From a virus, in the IMG/VR virus record IMGVR_UViG_3300033388_000874, positions 639-64,638 of that record: a stretch of DNA of 64,000 nt. One strand, written 5' to 3'. The translations under genes and the position numbers were made by a program. A model generated the notes under the pieces. It saw nothing but the letters and a program-made list of their open reading frames with translations. It made no database searches and was not told where the DNA came from. Of this stretch, positions 29,830 to 37,419 are shown in pieces; position 1 is the first letter of the stretch, and every line of letters begins with the position of its first letter.

Positions 29830-30301
29830 CGGAGTCAATGCCGGTGTTGCGCTCTGAACGCCCAGCAGTACTGTTGTGACCATCCACGTCAAGCTCAAGT
29901 ATATCCTTCCACCTAACGCCGAGGCGAAGGTCGTAGGCCAGATGCTCTGAAATGAGTCTTTCCGGTGCCTTGTCAAAATAGGCGACGCCGAGTGACAGGT
30001 AGGGGCGAAAGTCCTTGTCATCCCGCCAAAAGACGCGATACGCAATTACGTACCGGTCGTTGTATTTATCCTGCAAGCGATCCGAATCCACCCCACCTAC
30101 CCGCGAGTACGACGCAAACCAATGCAAGTCGTCGGTGATGACACTGAGTTCCTGTATGGTGGCGTCGGCAGCGTTGAATGTGCCGAAGCCTAAACCTAGC
30201 CCGACCTCGGCACTCTGCGCATTACGGCCCCACAAGAAGGCAACGACAAACGCAATGATCGCGAGTGTCGTAAGTATCTTGCCCTTCTTGAATCGATCCA
30301 C
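29801..30301 (-). CDS. small outer-membrane beta-barrel protein (Ail/OmpX/Lom/PagL-like moron)
   Basis: GTG at 30301 overlapping the upstream TAG (TAGTG); Sec signal peptide KKGKILTTLAIIAFVVAFLWGRNAQS|AEV; alternating amphipathic beta-strands; C-terminal '...LRIVFQF' aromatic terminal residue typical of OMP barrels. Confidence 0.55.
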   Translation of the reverse strand: MDRFKKGKILTTLAIIAFVVAFLWGRNAQSAEVGLGLGFGTFNAADATIQELSVITDDLHWFASYSRVGGVDSDRLQDKYNDRYVIAYRVFWRDDKDFRPYLSLGVAYFDKAPERLISEHLAYDLRLGVRWKDILELDVDGHNSTAGRSERNTGIDSVNLRIVFQF

Positions 30302-30648
30302 TAAGCGCCCATGCTCATAAAGCTGGCGGTGAACGTGAAGCCCGGTGTTGCAGTGCCGCCAAGTGTCCACTTGAGGCGAATCATAGGGCCGAATGGATTA
30401 GTAGCAGCGAGGATGGTATGGCGCATAGTAGTAACGCCGGTTAGCTGCGCTGGCGCTGGCAGGTCAAAGTACGTACCAGATGCGGGATCGAATTCTTGGA
30501 CGACTACATCCAGCGTCGGTAAAGTGCCCTGAACGGCAGTAATATCTACTACCAGTATCAAGTCCCGAGTGGGTAGCATAACTACTTCCGAGTTACCGCT
30601 GGCGAGGATTGCACCACTGTGTACTGTGGCATGTCTGGGTATATTCAT
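30301..30648 (-). CDS. hypothetical protein
   Basis: 115-aa ORF, beta-rich; translationally coupled to the OMP gene. Confidence 0.35.
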   Translation of the reverse strand: MNIPRHATVHSGAILASGNSEVVMLPTRDLILVVDITAVQGTLPTLDVVVQEFDPASGTYFDLPAPAQLTGVTTMRHTILAATNPFGPMIRLKWTLGGTATPGFTFTASFMSMGA

Positions 30649-30660
30649 TTCTAACTCCGG

Positions 30661-30918
30661 TTAAATTGGTCGGTTATTCGCGTTACGTTTATACGAGCGA
30701 TTGGTCTTGCGACTGACCACCCGCTGATTCGATTTGGCATTAGACCCACCGTTCGATAGAGCCTTCTTGTGATCTACCTCTTTTCCATCGCCCTTATGAA
30801 CTCGGCCCTCTCGCTCGGCGTCTTTACGAGCTTTATTCCGCATGGCTCGCTGTCGCTTGGCCTTTGCGGTGCCGTGGTACTTGTCATAGTAGGCTTTGGA
30901 TTGCTCTCGGGTTCCCAC
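30661..30918 (-). CDS. degenerate HNH-motif protein
   Basis: 'VDHKKALSNGGSNAKSNQRVVSRKTNRSYKR' aligns to the HNH core (v)DH..PLS.GGS...SNL...C..CNR.K with the Cys ligands replaced by Ser/Thr; Lys-rich N-terminus; the N-terminal 145 nt overlap 30774..31391 in another frame, so the true start may be internal. Confidence 0.4.
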   Translation of the reverse strand: MGTREQSKAYYDKYHGTAKAKRQRAMRNKARKDAEREGRVHKGDGKEVDHKKALSNGGSNAKSNQRVVSRKTNRSYKRNANNRPI

Positions 30919-31391
30919 TGCGTATCCTCAATAGTGTACTGATGGGGACTCTCGTCCTCGTAGATTGACTGCAAGTATCGCACAATCGGGGCCAGCGCAT
31001 CAATAGTTTCAGACACAGGTGCAGAAGGTGGGCGGTCATCGTTCAGCTTCCCCACTGCCCGAGCGTCGAGGATTATGGCAGAGCATGCCATTACTGAGGC
31101 GAGGTGTGGCACACCTGTTACGGGGTCAACCTCCTCGCCATTCTTCCACTTCTCCATGTGCCGCTCCATCGCATCCAGATAGATCGACGCACGAACACCA
31201 GCCACCCGCCAGTTGTATTTACCATACTTGAGAGCGCCTTCGAGGAATGCTAGGGCCATGAACGCCTTCGCCGTGCCGGGGATCAGATGCATCGGCAGCT
31301 TGGTTGAGCCGATTGCATCTTTCGGATTAGTAGGCTTCGTCTCTGCACGTTGCCGATGATTCGTAGCTAAGTCACTCATTACTTTGTCCAT
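30774..31391 (-). CDS. DUF5664-like protein (phage dATP/dGTP diphosphohydrolase N-terminal domain-like)
   Basis: 'KLPMHLIPGTAKAFMALAFLEGALKYGKYNWR...GVPHLASVMACSAIILDA' matches my recollection of the conserved K.P..L.P...A...A.V...GA.KYG..NW...H...H core; low-complexity C-terminal tail; not database-checked. Confidence 0.45.
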   Translation of the reverse strand: MDKVMSDLATNHRQRAETKPTNPKDAIGSTKLPMHLIPGTAKAFMALAFLEGALKYGKYNWRVAGVRASIYLDAMERHMEKWKNGEEVDPVTGVPHLASVMACSAIILDARAVGKLNDDRPPSAPVSETIDALAPIVRYLQSIYEDESPHQYTIEDTQWEPESNPKPTMTSTTAPQRPSDSEPCGIKLVKTPSERAEFIRAMEKR

Positions 31392-31638
31392 CTGCGACAG
31401 CGGCTAGTGCTTCTCTGGCCAAAAATTCTGCATCGCTAATGTGAAGTTGTCCGTCGCGGATTTGCTGGAACGCATCACGTAAGCGCACGTTCTCAGCCTC
31501 ATGCTCGTTGCTTGATTTCTGCCATGCTTTGATACGCTCGTCTTTCCGATGAACTGTAGCCTCAAGCTGTTCGATGCGTTGCTCTGCCCACTCTGGGTTC
31601 CAGAAACATTTATCTCCAAGTTTCGTTCTGTCACTCAT
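31372..31638 (-). CDS. small early protein, paralog family member 1 (RIEQLEA coiled-coil motif)
   Basis: 88 aa, starts 'MSD' in the conserved GGAGAAGACAGATGAGTGA junction; contains 'RIEQLEATV'. Confidence 0.45.
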   Translation of the reverse strand: MSDRTKLGDKCFWNPEWAEQRIEQLEATVHRKDERIKAWQKSSNEHEAENVRLRDAFQQIRDGQLHISDAEFLAREALAAVADGQSNE

Positions 31639-31849
31639 CTGTCTTCTCCAGTGCTGTCTTTAGCGCCGCGTGTTTAGAGCATAAGCTGGGCTGTGGGCAA
31701 CAAATATGACAGGCAACAACAGCCTCAAGTTGTTCGATGCGGTCTTGCTGCTCCTGTAGCGCGTTACGAATCTCTGAGCCAACGATCAGCGCATCATCCC
31801 TTCTGGACTTGATGCTTAGTTCTTTTGCCTTCGGTGTGTACTCACTCAT
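31631..31849 (-). CDS. small early protein, paralog family member 2 (RIEQLEA motif + Cys/His cluster)
   Basis: 72 aa 'MSEYTPK...RIEQLEAVVACHICCPQPSLCSKH...EKTDE*'; start and stop both lie in conserved junction repeats. Confidence 0.45.
   Translation of the reverse strand: MSEYTPKAKELSIKSRRDDALIVGSEIRNALQEQQDRIEQLEAVVACHICCPQPSLCSKHAALKTALEKTDE
31632..31649. repeat. conserved 18-bp gene-junction repeat, copy 1 (minus-strand reading GGAGAAGACAGATGAGTG)
   Basis: identical 18-mer CACTCATCTGTCTTCTCC. Confidence 0.6.
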
Positions 31850-32063
31850 CTGTCTTCTCCCCGTGACTGTCGGCTAGGCTGTCTAGTTGTTCCTCAAGTT
31901 CTTTGATATCAGCCTCAAGCCGCTCTATGCGCTTTAGAGCTTCGTTTGCCATTGCTCTATCTCCCGGCTCCATACCCATCGCGTCATCTGCGGTAGCCTG
32001 TAGCCAGTTTTTAATTGATGTCTGTTGAATCTGGTCATTGTATTGGTTTAGTTCATCACTCAT
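31842..32063 (-). CDS. small early protein, paralog family member 3 (RIERLEA motif)
   Basis: ATG at 32063 inside junction repeat copy 3 (track extends upstream to 32162 and overlaps the next gene); 'MSDELNQ...RIERLEADIKELEEQL...GEKTDE*'. Confidence 0.45.
   Translation of the reverse strand: MSDELNQYNDQIQQTSIKNWLQATADDAMGMEPGDRAMANEALKRIERLEADIKELEEQLDSLADSHGEKTDE
31843..31860. repeat. conserved 18-bp gene-junction repeat, copy 2
   Basis: identical 18-mer, 211 bp from copy 1. Confidence 0.6.
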
Positions 32064-32265
32064 CTGTCTTCTCCTCTGCGACTCTCCCAGAGTACGGATT
32101 GCCGTATGTCGCGTAATGGACTTGACACAGCAGTAAGTCCTCCCCCCATGCCCTTTCTTCACATCCTTTCATTCTACATTTCATTTCGATACGTGCCTCT
32201 TGTGTAGGTACATTGCCAAAACCGCACCCAGCCCACCGCCTGTTCCGATGGTCAGCGCGAACCAT
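32056..32265 (-). CDS. small Cys-rich (zinc-finger-like) early protein ending in KTDE
   Basis: 69 aa; Cys at 14, 30, 35, 47 plus His; C-terminal '...AEEKTDE*' inside the conserved junction. Confidence 0.4.
   Translation of the reverse strand: MVRADHRNRRWAGCGFGNVPTQEARIEMKCRMKGCEERAWGEDLLLCQVHYATYGNPYSGRVAEEKTDE
32057..32074. repeat. conserved 18-bp gene-junction repeat, copy 3
   Basis: identical 18-mer, 214 bp from copy 2. Confidence 0.6.
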
Positions 32266-32453
32266 AGTAGTTCGACGTTAATACCCTGAATCGCTTTGTG
32301 CGCGACGAGAGAGATAATGAATACCTCAGTCGTCGCCATTAGATAGCTGATCGGCATGATCCACTTGTAGTGCATGAAGGCGACGTTGCGCTGCTGGAAC
32401 GCCTTGAAGAACACGAATATAAAATACGCAACTCCTGCGATTAGCTCATTCAT
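32181..32453 (-). CDS. small integral membrane protein
   Basis: 90 aa with three hydrophobic helices; 8-nt overlap with the primase gene end. Confidence 0.4.
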   Translation of the reverse strand: MNELIAGVAYFIFVFFKAFQQRNVAFMHYKWIMPISYLMATTEVFIISLVAHKAIQGINVELLWFALTIGTGGGLGAVLAMYLHKRHVSK

Positions 32454-35343
32454 CCCTATCCACCATGTCTATGTTGAAGTCCAAGCACATTGCGCGGTTG
32501 GCCGCGTATTGTGTTGCCGCACCAAGCACGGTCTTGCGTTCTTTCATCCCTACCGTCTTCACGAAACTCGATGCGAGTTCACCGGTCAGACGGAGGCCGC
32601 GTGTTTTGTAAAGCCAACGAAGGAAGTCTGTTTTGTTGACTCGCATGATCCCTTGATCCTTACCTATCTGGTAGGTGATCTTCTTCAGGTTCGAGTAGTT
32701 GCCGACCAACTGCGGCTCGTACTTACCACCAGCACCGATGCGTAGGGTATCTGTCACCAGCTTCTCATGCATATGTTGCATCATGTAAGCGGTAATCAAT
32801 TCGTTGGGGTCGGTCGTGATGCGTGATTTATTCACCCTCACCCGGAGTTGGAGGAACTTGTCTTGCATGTACTTCCAGAGTTTTGGTATGTCGAACTCGG
32901 TCAGGCCCGATGCATTCGCGAGCATCGCACCGGCAATGACTGAGGTCATGGTCGCCACCCAAAAGCGTTCGGATGGCTCATCGTGGAAGTGTTCTTCCAC
33001 CTTACGCTTCACCTTCTCGACAGTACGGCGCACGAGCGGCAGGTTCTTAGCAAGGAAGCTGGCGTATTCCTCACCAGCCCTGCCGTAGTTACTCTGTAAC
33101 TCGCTCACCATACTGGCAATGCGCGGGTCTTTCTTAGGTCGCTCGTCGTCTCCAACAAACAACTCGAAGATTCTGTATACACCTGCGTCAGAAGCTCCAG
33201 TCATGTTCGCGGTGAGATCGAAGATTGATTCGTTCGACGTGACTACCAGCATCGTGTGCCAAGTCTGCGCGGCGATAGTCCGGGCGCTCCGGTCAGCGCG
33301 TTCCCTATCCTTACCCTGTGTAACTTGAAACACTGTCTGCGCGAAGTTTTTCATGGTCTGCTCGTCGCCGCGAGCTTCATCCCAATAGGCCGTAATGTTC
33401 TGGAGATAGGCCAACTTATTCTTCGTGGATGTGGGGGTGTCGTTCAACGTCATCCCGCCTAGCTTTGGGTTGCCCCAAGCAGCCAGTGCCGCTTCGAGCG
33501 ATAGCGATTTACCCGCACTCGTGTTGTTGGATACGACAGATATTACGCAGCCTGATTGATCCGTGAATTTGACCAGTGGCCCAGCGAACGCCGAGGCGAG
33601 CATGGCGATGATGTGATCGTGGCCCTGCTCAATGAGGAACGCTGAAGACTCTTTCCATTTTTCGGATAACCCAACAGGTGTGTAGTAGTCGGCGATACCT
33701 TTGTGTTTGTGGTTGGCAGTGACGACGCTGTTCTTGCTGCTGCCATCACTGAAGAATGCAGCGCCCCCGGATGCGAAGCCAACGATACTCTTGTTGTCCT
33801 TGTCATCCACTCGCTCGATCCAACCGAGTTGGTCAGCGGTATCAAGTACTGCGTTTTCCTCTTGTAGTTTCTGAAGCCAAGTAGCCATAAGATCAGTCCA
33901 ATGTGTTTTTTCGTTTGAGGTCAGGATCGCGCCGCGAGTACCCAACACTTCCCACGTTCTCGGACAGCCGTATGCAAGTCCACCGGGTATTTCAAACTGG
34001 ATAGCCTTGCCGGTTATCGACTTGGCTTCCATCATATACGTGTACTCGCCAGTATTCGCTGACCGTTGTGCTTGGATCAACCTCCACGTGCGCTGCAATA
34101 CTTTATCCCATCCCCATTCCTTTGCAACCTTGTCATACGTTTTGCGCTCGACTCCACCGTTCGCTGGGATAGGTCGCCAGTTGTCGGGGTAGTTGTGCTG
34201 CGGGGAGTTGACAGATTGCAGATGTGGTGTTCCCTTTTTGGGTACCTGTGTACCCAAATTAGGGTTTTGTGTCGTACCACTTTTAGGGTTTTGTGTTGTG
34301 GGTTTTACGTACGCAAGGGAGAGCGGGGTCTTTTGCTTCTTGCTCTTATAGATCGGGCAACCAACACAGAGGTTCGGGTGCCACCCCTCAAAAGTTGAGC
34401 AGAGTGTAGGGCCGGAAGTCTCCGCATTGAGCTTCTGCTGCCATTTCTCTTGCGTCGTTTCATAGTCGTATCCTATGTGTTTGGAACTCATTGGGTGGAC
34501 GAGCTTTTCGCCACCGTCAACGTACTTTAGTAACAGGAGTGTGGAGTTCCATTCCGGTTCATCCTGCTCAGCACCACCGGTCATAAAGATATGCTTCATC
34601 GCAGCGCAGTTGCGTACCAACTCTTTGCACGACGTTTGTCGTACATGGTTGCTACCCGAGAATTCGTTCGTTGCTTGCAGTCCACGAAGATGGGCGGGTA
34701 TTGCGTTATCACTCACGCCGGGAAGCATTTTCATTAACCCATCAGGTTCATACATTCGTGTGGGTTCGATGCCGAGGATTCTTACCGGCAGTGGTTCCTT
34801 CTTTCTGTTGTGAGTGCCCGGCGGTCGCAGTACGCGGGATGCATCGGCAGTACACATATGATCGGCGGGTAGGTCATGTGCTTGGCACAGTGCTTTGAAT
34901 GCGTTCGCGAGCGGTAGCCACTCGACCAGTGGTATCGCTTTGACCAGCGCCCAATAGACATGGACACCATTACCAGAGTGAACAATAGCGGTCGGCTTTG
35001 CGAACCCTGTCTTGGTTTGGAAGTCGTTCAGTGCGAGCATCGCGGTAGCCAAACTACCACCTGCTGATTTGAAATCGATGTCGAGCCAGAGTGCCTTCAG
35101 CTTATCGACGTTGGTGCGGGTGCGCTTTACACGCTCCTGTTTGAAATCGTTTAGGTGTATCTCTTTGAAGCTGGCGAGTGCAAAGAATACCGTCTCGCCT
35201 TTACTGTCCAGATGCAATGCAACTTTCGCCGCATCCTCATGGGTATGAACAGGTATCTGGCTGTACCCCTTCGGCTCCATCTTCTTCGCAATGCAAAGAA
35301 TACCGCTTGGCGTTACCAGTTCTAAGAATTGTTTTGTGTCCAC
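32446..35343 (-). CDS. bifunctional primase-polymerase (AEP) / SF3-like helicase
   Basis: 965 aa, GTG start after AAGGGG; AEP motifs 'ALWLDIDFK' (DxD), 'AIVHSGNGVHVYWAL' (sGxGxHxY), Cys cluster CSTFEGWHPNLCVGCP; C-terminal Walker A 'SNNTSAGKSLSLEAA' and D5/P4-type helicase region. Confidence 0.8.
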   Translation of the reverse strand: MDTKQFLELVTPSGILCIAKKMEPKGYSQIPVHTHEDAAKVALHLDSKGETVFFALASFKEIHLNDFKQERVKRTRTNVDKLKALWLDIDFKSAGGSLATAMLALNDFQTKTGFAKPTAIVHSGNGVHVYWALVKAIPLVEWLPLANAFKALCQAHDLPADHMCTADASRVLRPPGTHNRKKEPLPVRILGIEPTRMYEPDGLMKMLPGVSDNAIPAHLRGLQATNEFSGSNHVRQTSCKELVRNCAAMKHIFMTGGAEQDEPEWNSTLLLLKYVDGGEKLVHPMSSKHIGYDYETTQEKWQQKLNAETSGPTLCSTFEGWHPNLCVGCPIYKSKKQKTPLSLAYVKPTTQNPKSGTTQNPNLGTQVPKKGTPHLQSVNSPQHNYPDNWRPIPANGGVERKTYDKVAKEWGWDKVLQRTWRLIQAQRSANTGEYTYMMEAKSITGKAIQFEIPGGLAYGCPRTWEVLGTRGAILTSNEKTHWTDLMATWLQKLQEENAVLDTADQLGWIERVDDKDNKSIVGFASGGAAFFSDGSSKNSVVTANHKHKGIADYYTPVGLSEKWKESSAFLIEQGHDHIIAMLASAFAGPLVKFTDQSGCVISVVSNNTSAGKSLSLEAALAAWGNPKLGGMTLNDTPTSTKNKLAYLQNITAYWDEARGDEQTMKNFAQTVFQVTQGKDRERADRSARTIAAQTWHTMLVVTSNESIFDLTANMTGASDAGVYRIFELFVGDDERPKKDPRIASMVSELQSNYGRAGEEYASFLAKNLPLVRRTVEKVKRKVEEHFHDEPSERFWVATMTSVIAGAMLANASGLTEFDIPKLWKYMQDKFLQLRVRVNKSRITTDPNELITAYMMQHMHEKLVTDTLRIGAGGKYEPQLVGNYSNLKKITYQIGKDQGIMRVNKTDFLRWLYKTRGLRLTGELASSFVKTVGMKERKTVLGAATQYAANRAMCLDFNIDMVDRDE

Positions 35344-35408
35344 CGTCGCCCCTTAAAGTGAGGCCGGTAGCAACAACGAGGAAGAAGTTACTACCGGCCC
35401 ACAGTGCT

Positions 35409-36554
35409 TCAGTCGAGGATCGACGAAAGCATGTCCTCAATATCAGCATCCGCTCCGGGCGACTCGGGTTGGGGTGCTGGTACTTCGGACGGTGCAGCCA
35501 CCACCGTTGCCGGTGGAGTAGGGGGTTGCACGATTGTTGCAGCAGCGTGTTCTTCGATTGCTGCTGCACGAACTGGTTCAGGTGCCGGTGGAGCCACCAC
35601 AGGCGGCGGTGCTGCAACAACAACAGGCGCGGGGGCCGGTGCAGGTGCGGCAGGTGCTTCGGCTACAGCCTCAGAGTAATGCTGTTCTTCCGTGTTAGGT
35701 TTAGATGCTTCCGAGGGAGCCGGGGCAATGGCTTCTGCGTTTGCGGTCGACGCGCTACTAGCTGCATCACCATTACTTGCCGGGGTTCCCTCAGTTGCAT
35801 GCTCAGTCGACGTATCTAAGATGCGTCTGACCATATCGGAGTCGCGAAGCCCCTCAACTGTACTGAACTCGGTTTCCGACAGGAATCTCTCGCCCTTGAA
35901 GGTCAGCTTCGGATAGGCAACTGCCGTATCGAAACCTACCTTGGTTACGAGTACGTACACCGGCAGACCTTTCGGGCCGAGTACCTTCACTGCGTAATCC
36001 TTGAGCGGGTTGAGACTTGCCGGTGGGATTCTCAGGAGCATGACTGGAAGTTCGTCAAGAGCCTTCTGGCCCGTGGCAACTGCTTCAAGTTCATGCTCGA
36101 ACGTAACTGCGCAACGGCGAACGTCTTGACACGCACGTGTCTTGTTGCCTTGCTCAGTGATACGCGAACCCCATACGTTCATGGGACAGGACGCACAAGC
36201 CACGTTGACTGGATTCGGAACGTCAGCGTCAGGAGTGACACCGCTGGCCGACCAGCATTCTGGCTTGGACGAATCGCCCTCTTTGTACTTGCCCTCGTAG
36301 TATGTCTTCGATGGGCGTTCATTCGATTGAATCATTACGACACGGATGCTCTGAATGGCATCACCTTCAGTGTCGACGTATACCTGTTCCTCGCCGCCTT
36401 GACGGACACGCCATGTGCCACCGCGATACGAGATTACAGGGAAACCTGATTGGACGCCGCCAGCGAATTCTTTCGCTGCTGCTGCGTTTCCAACTGCGGC
36501 TTGTAAATGTGCGGGTAGCTGCGCACCGCCAGCGATCATCATATCTTGGGTCAT
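35409..36554 (-). CDS. hypothetical protein, possible ssDNA-binding protein
   Basis: 381 aa; globular N-terminal 270 aa, then Ala/Pro-rich linker and acidic C-terminal tail 'ESPGADADIEDMLSSILD', reminiscent of SSB/gp2.5 C-tails; location in the replication module. Confidence 0.35.
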   Translation of the reverse strand: MTQDMMIAGGAQLPAHLQAAVGNAAAAKEFAGGVQSGFPVISYRGGTWRVRQGGEEQVYVDTEGDAIQSIRVVMIQSNERPSKTYYEGKYKEGDSSKPECWSASGVTPDADVPNPVNVACASCPMNVWGSRITEQGNKTRACQDVRRCAVTFEHELEAVATGQKALDELPVMLLRIPPASLNPLKDYAVKVLGPKGLPVYVLVTKVGFDTAVAYPKLTFKGERFLSETEFSTVEGLRDSDMVRRILDTSTEHATEGTPASNGDAASSASTANAEAIAPAPSEASKPNTEEQHYSEAVAEAPAAPAPAPAPVVVAAPPPVVAPPAPEPVRAAAIEEHAAATIVQPPTPPATVVAAPSEVPAPQPESPGADADIEDMLSSILD

Positions 36555-36934
36555 TGTTTTGGCCTCCTAACGCCTACGACAAGTGTTTCGGAGTATTTGA
36601 CGCCGGGTACAATGGTACCTGCCTCGTTCAACTCCCGTACTGCTTTCGCGTTCGCCTTCATATCAATGGCACCGAGATTGTCGGTGGCAAGTGCGAACTC
36701 ATAAAATGCTTCACGATCTTTTACAGAACATGAAGTGCGTGATTTGGTGTACGCGGTACCGAACTGCGTCTTGATCGACTCGGCCCCTTCGAGCTTACCA
36801 AGGATCAATCCATCCAGTTTGACGAGAGCGGCGGTCATCCTACCAGTCTCTAAAGTGAACGCCTTCTTTGCGTTGTCCTTTGCGTCGCGAATCTTGACAT
36901 AATTGTCAACCATCTGTTCGAGTGTTAATTCCAT
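36551..36934 (-). CDS. hypothetical protein
   Basis: 127-aa ORF, ATGA coupling to the downstream gene. Confidence 0.4.
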   Translation of the reverse strand: MELTLEQMVDNYVKIRDAKDNAKKAFTLETGRMTAALVKLDGLILGKLEGAESIKTQFGTAYTKSRTSCSVKDREAFYEFALATDNLGAIDMKANAKAVRELNEAGTIVPGVKYSETLVVGVRRPKQ

Positions 36935-36939
36935 GTCGC

Positions 36940-37419
36940 CTACCTCTTTGTGTTTAGTTGTATTACCTTATCGTCTTTCGTAGATTTGGCGTTCGTCTTT
37001 TCGCGAGCTACTAAATCTTCAGGAGTTTCCCCCAGAATTTGTTTGTCGGTCATGCATAACACTGCCAGCCCGATACGTGCGCGAGTCAGTAACGATTGTT
37101 TCGCGATATGGAGTTGGGTTACGTAGGTGATAAATTCGTTGAGTTCGCGGCGGGTAACAGCAATGGTGACTGCTGCGTCTTTCTTGCCGTATTGCGTCAT
37201 AAGGGCAGTTGCTTCGAGTGCTTTTGCGAAACCCTCTACTCCGGGTCGCAAGCCGTGGTGCGTGGCGTGGGATAGTGCGCCAACAATCATGCGCATACGC
37301 ATTCGTGATAGCCAAGTTCCGTTCTTCATGGTTCGCCTTTTAGTTGTCGTCAAACATATCCAGAAGTGCGCCTTGTAAGCTCGCCTTCTGTTGTAAGCGT
37401 TTGTAAATCTTAGACTCAA
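36940..37419 (-). CDS. hypothetical protein
   Basis: 159-aa ORF; overlaps the helicase gene end by 80 nt, so the start may be internal. Confidence 0.3.
   Translation of the reverse strand: MSLRFTNAYNRRRAYKAHFWICLTTTKRRTMKNGTWLSRMRMRMIVGALSHATHHGLRPGVEGFAKALEATALMTQYGKKDAAVTIAVTRRELNEFITYVTQLHIAKQSLLTRARIGLAVLCMTDKQILGETPEDLVAREKTNAKSTKDDKVIQLNTKR

Noticed and set aside
35178-35819. Plus-strand 213-aa ORF (and 35404..35679) opposite the 381-aa early gene
   Set aside because: Their Cys/Arg/Gly-rich translations are the mirror of the Ala/Pro-rich linker of the minus-strand protein. They are spurious.
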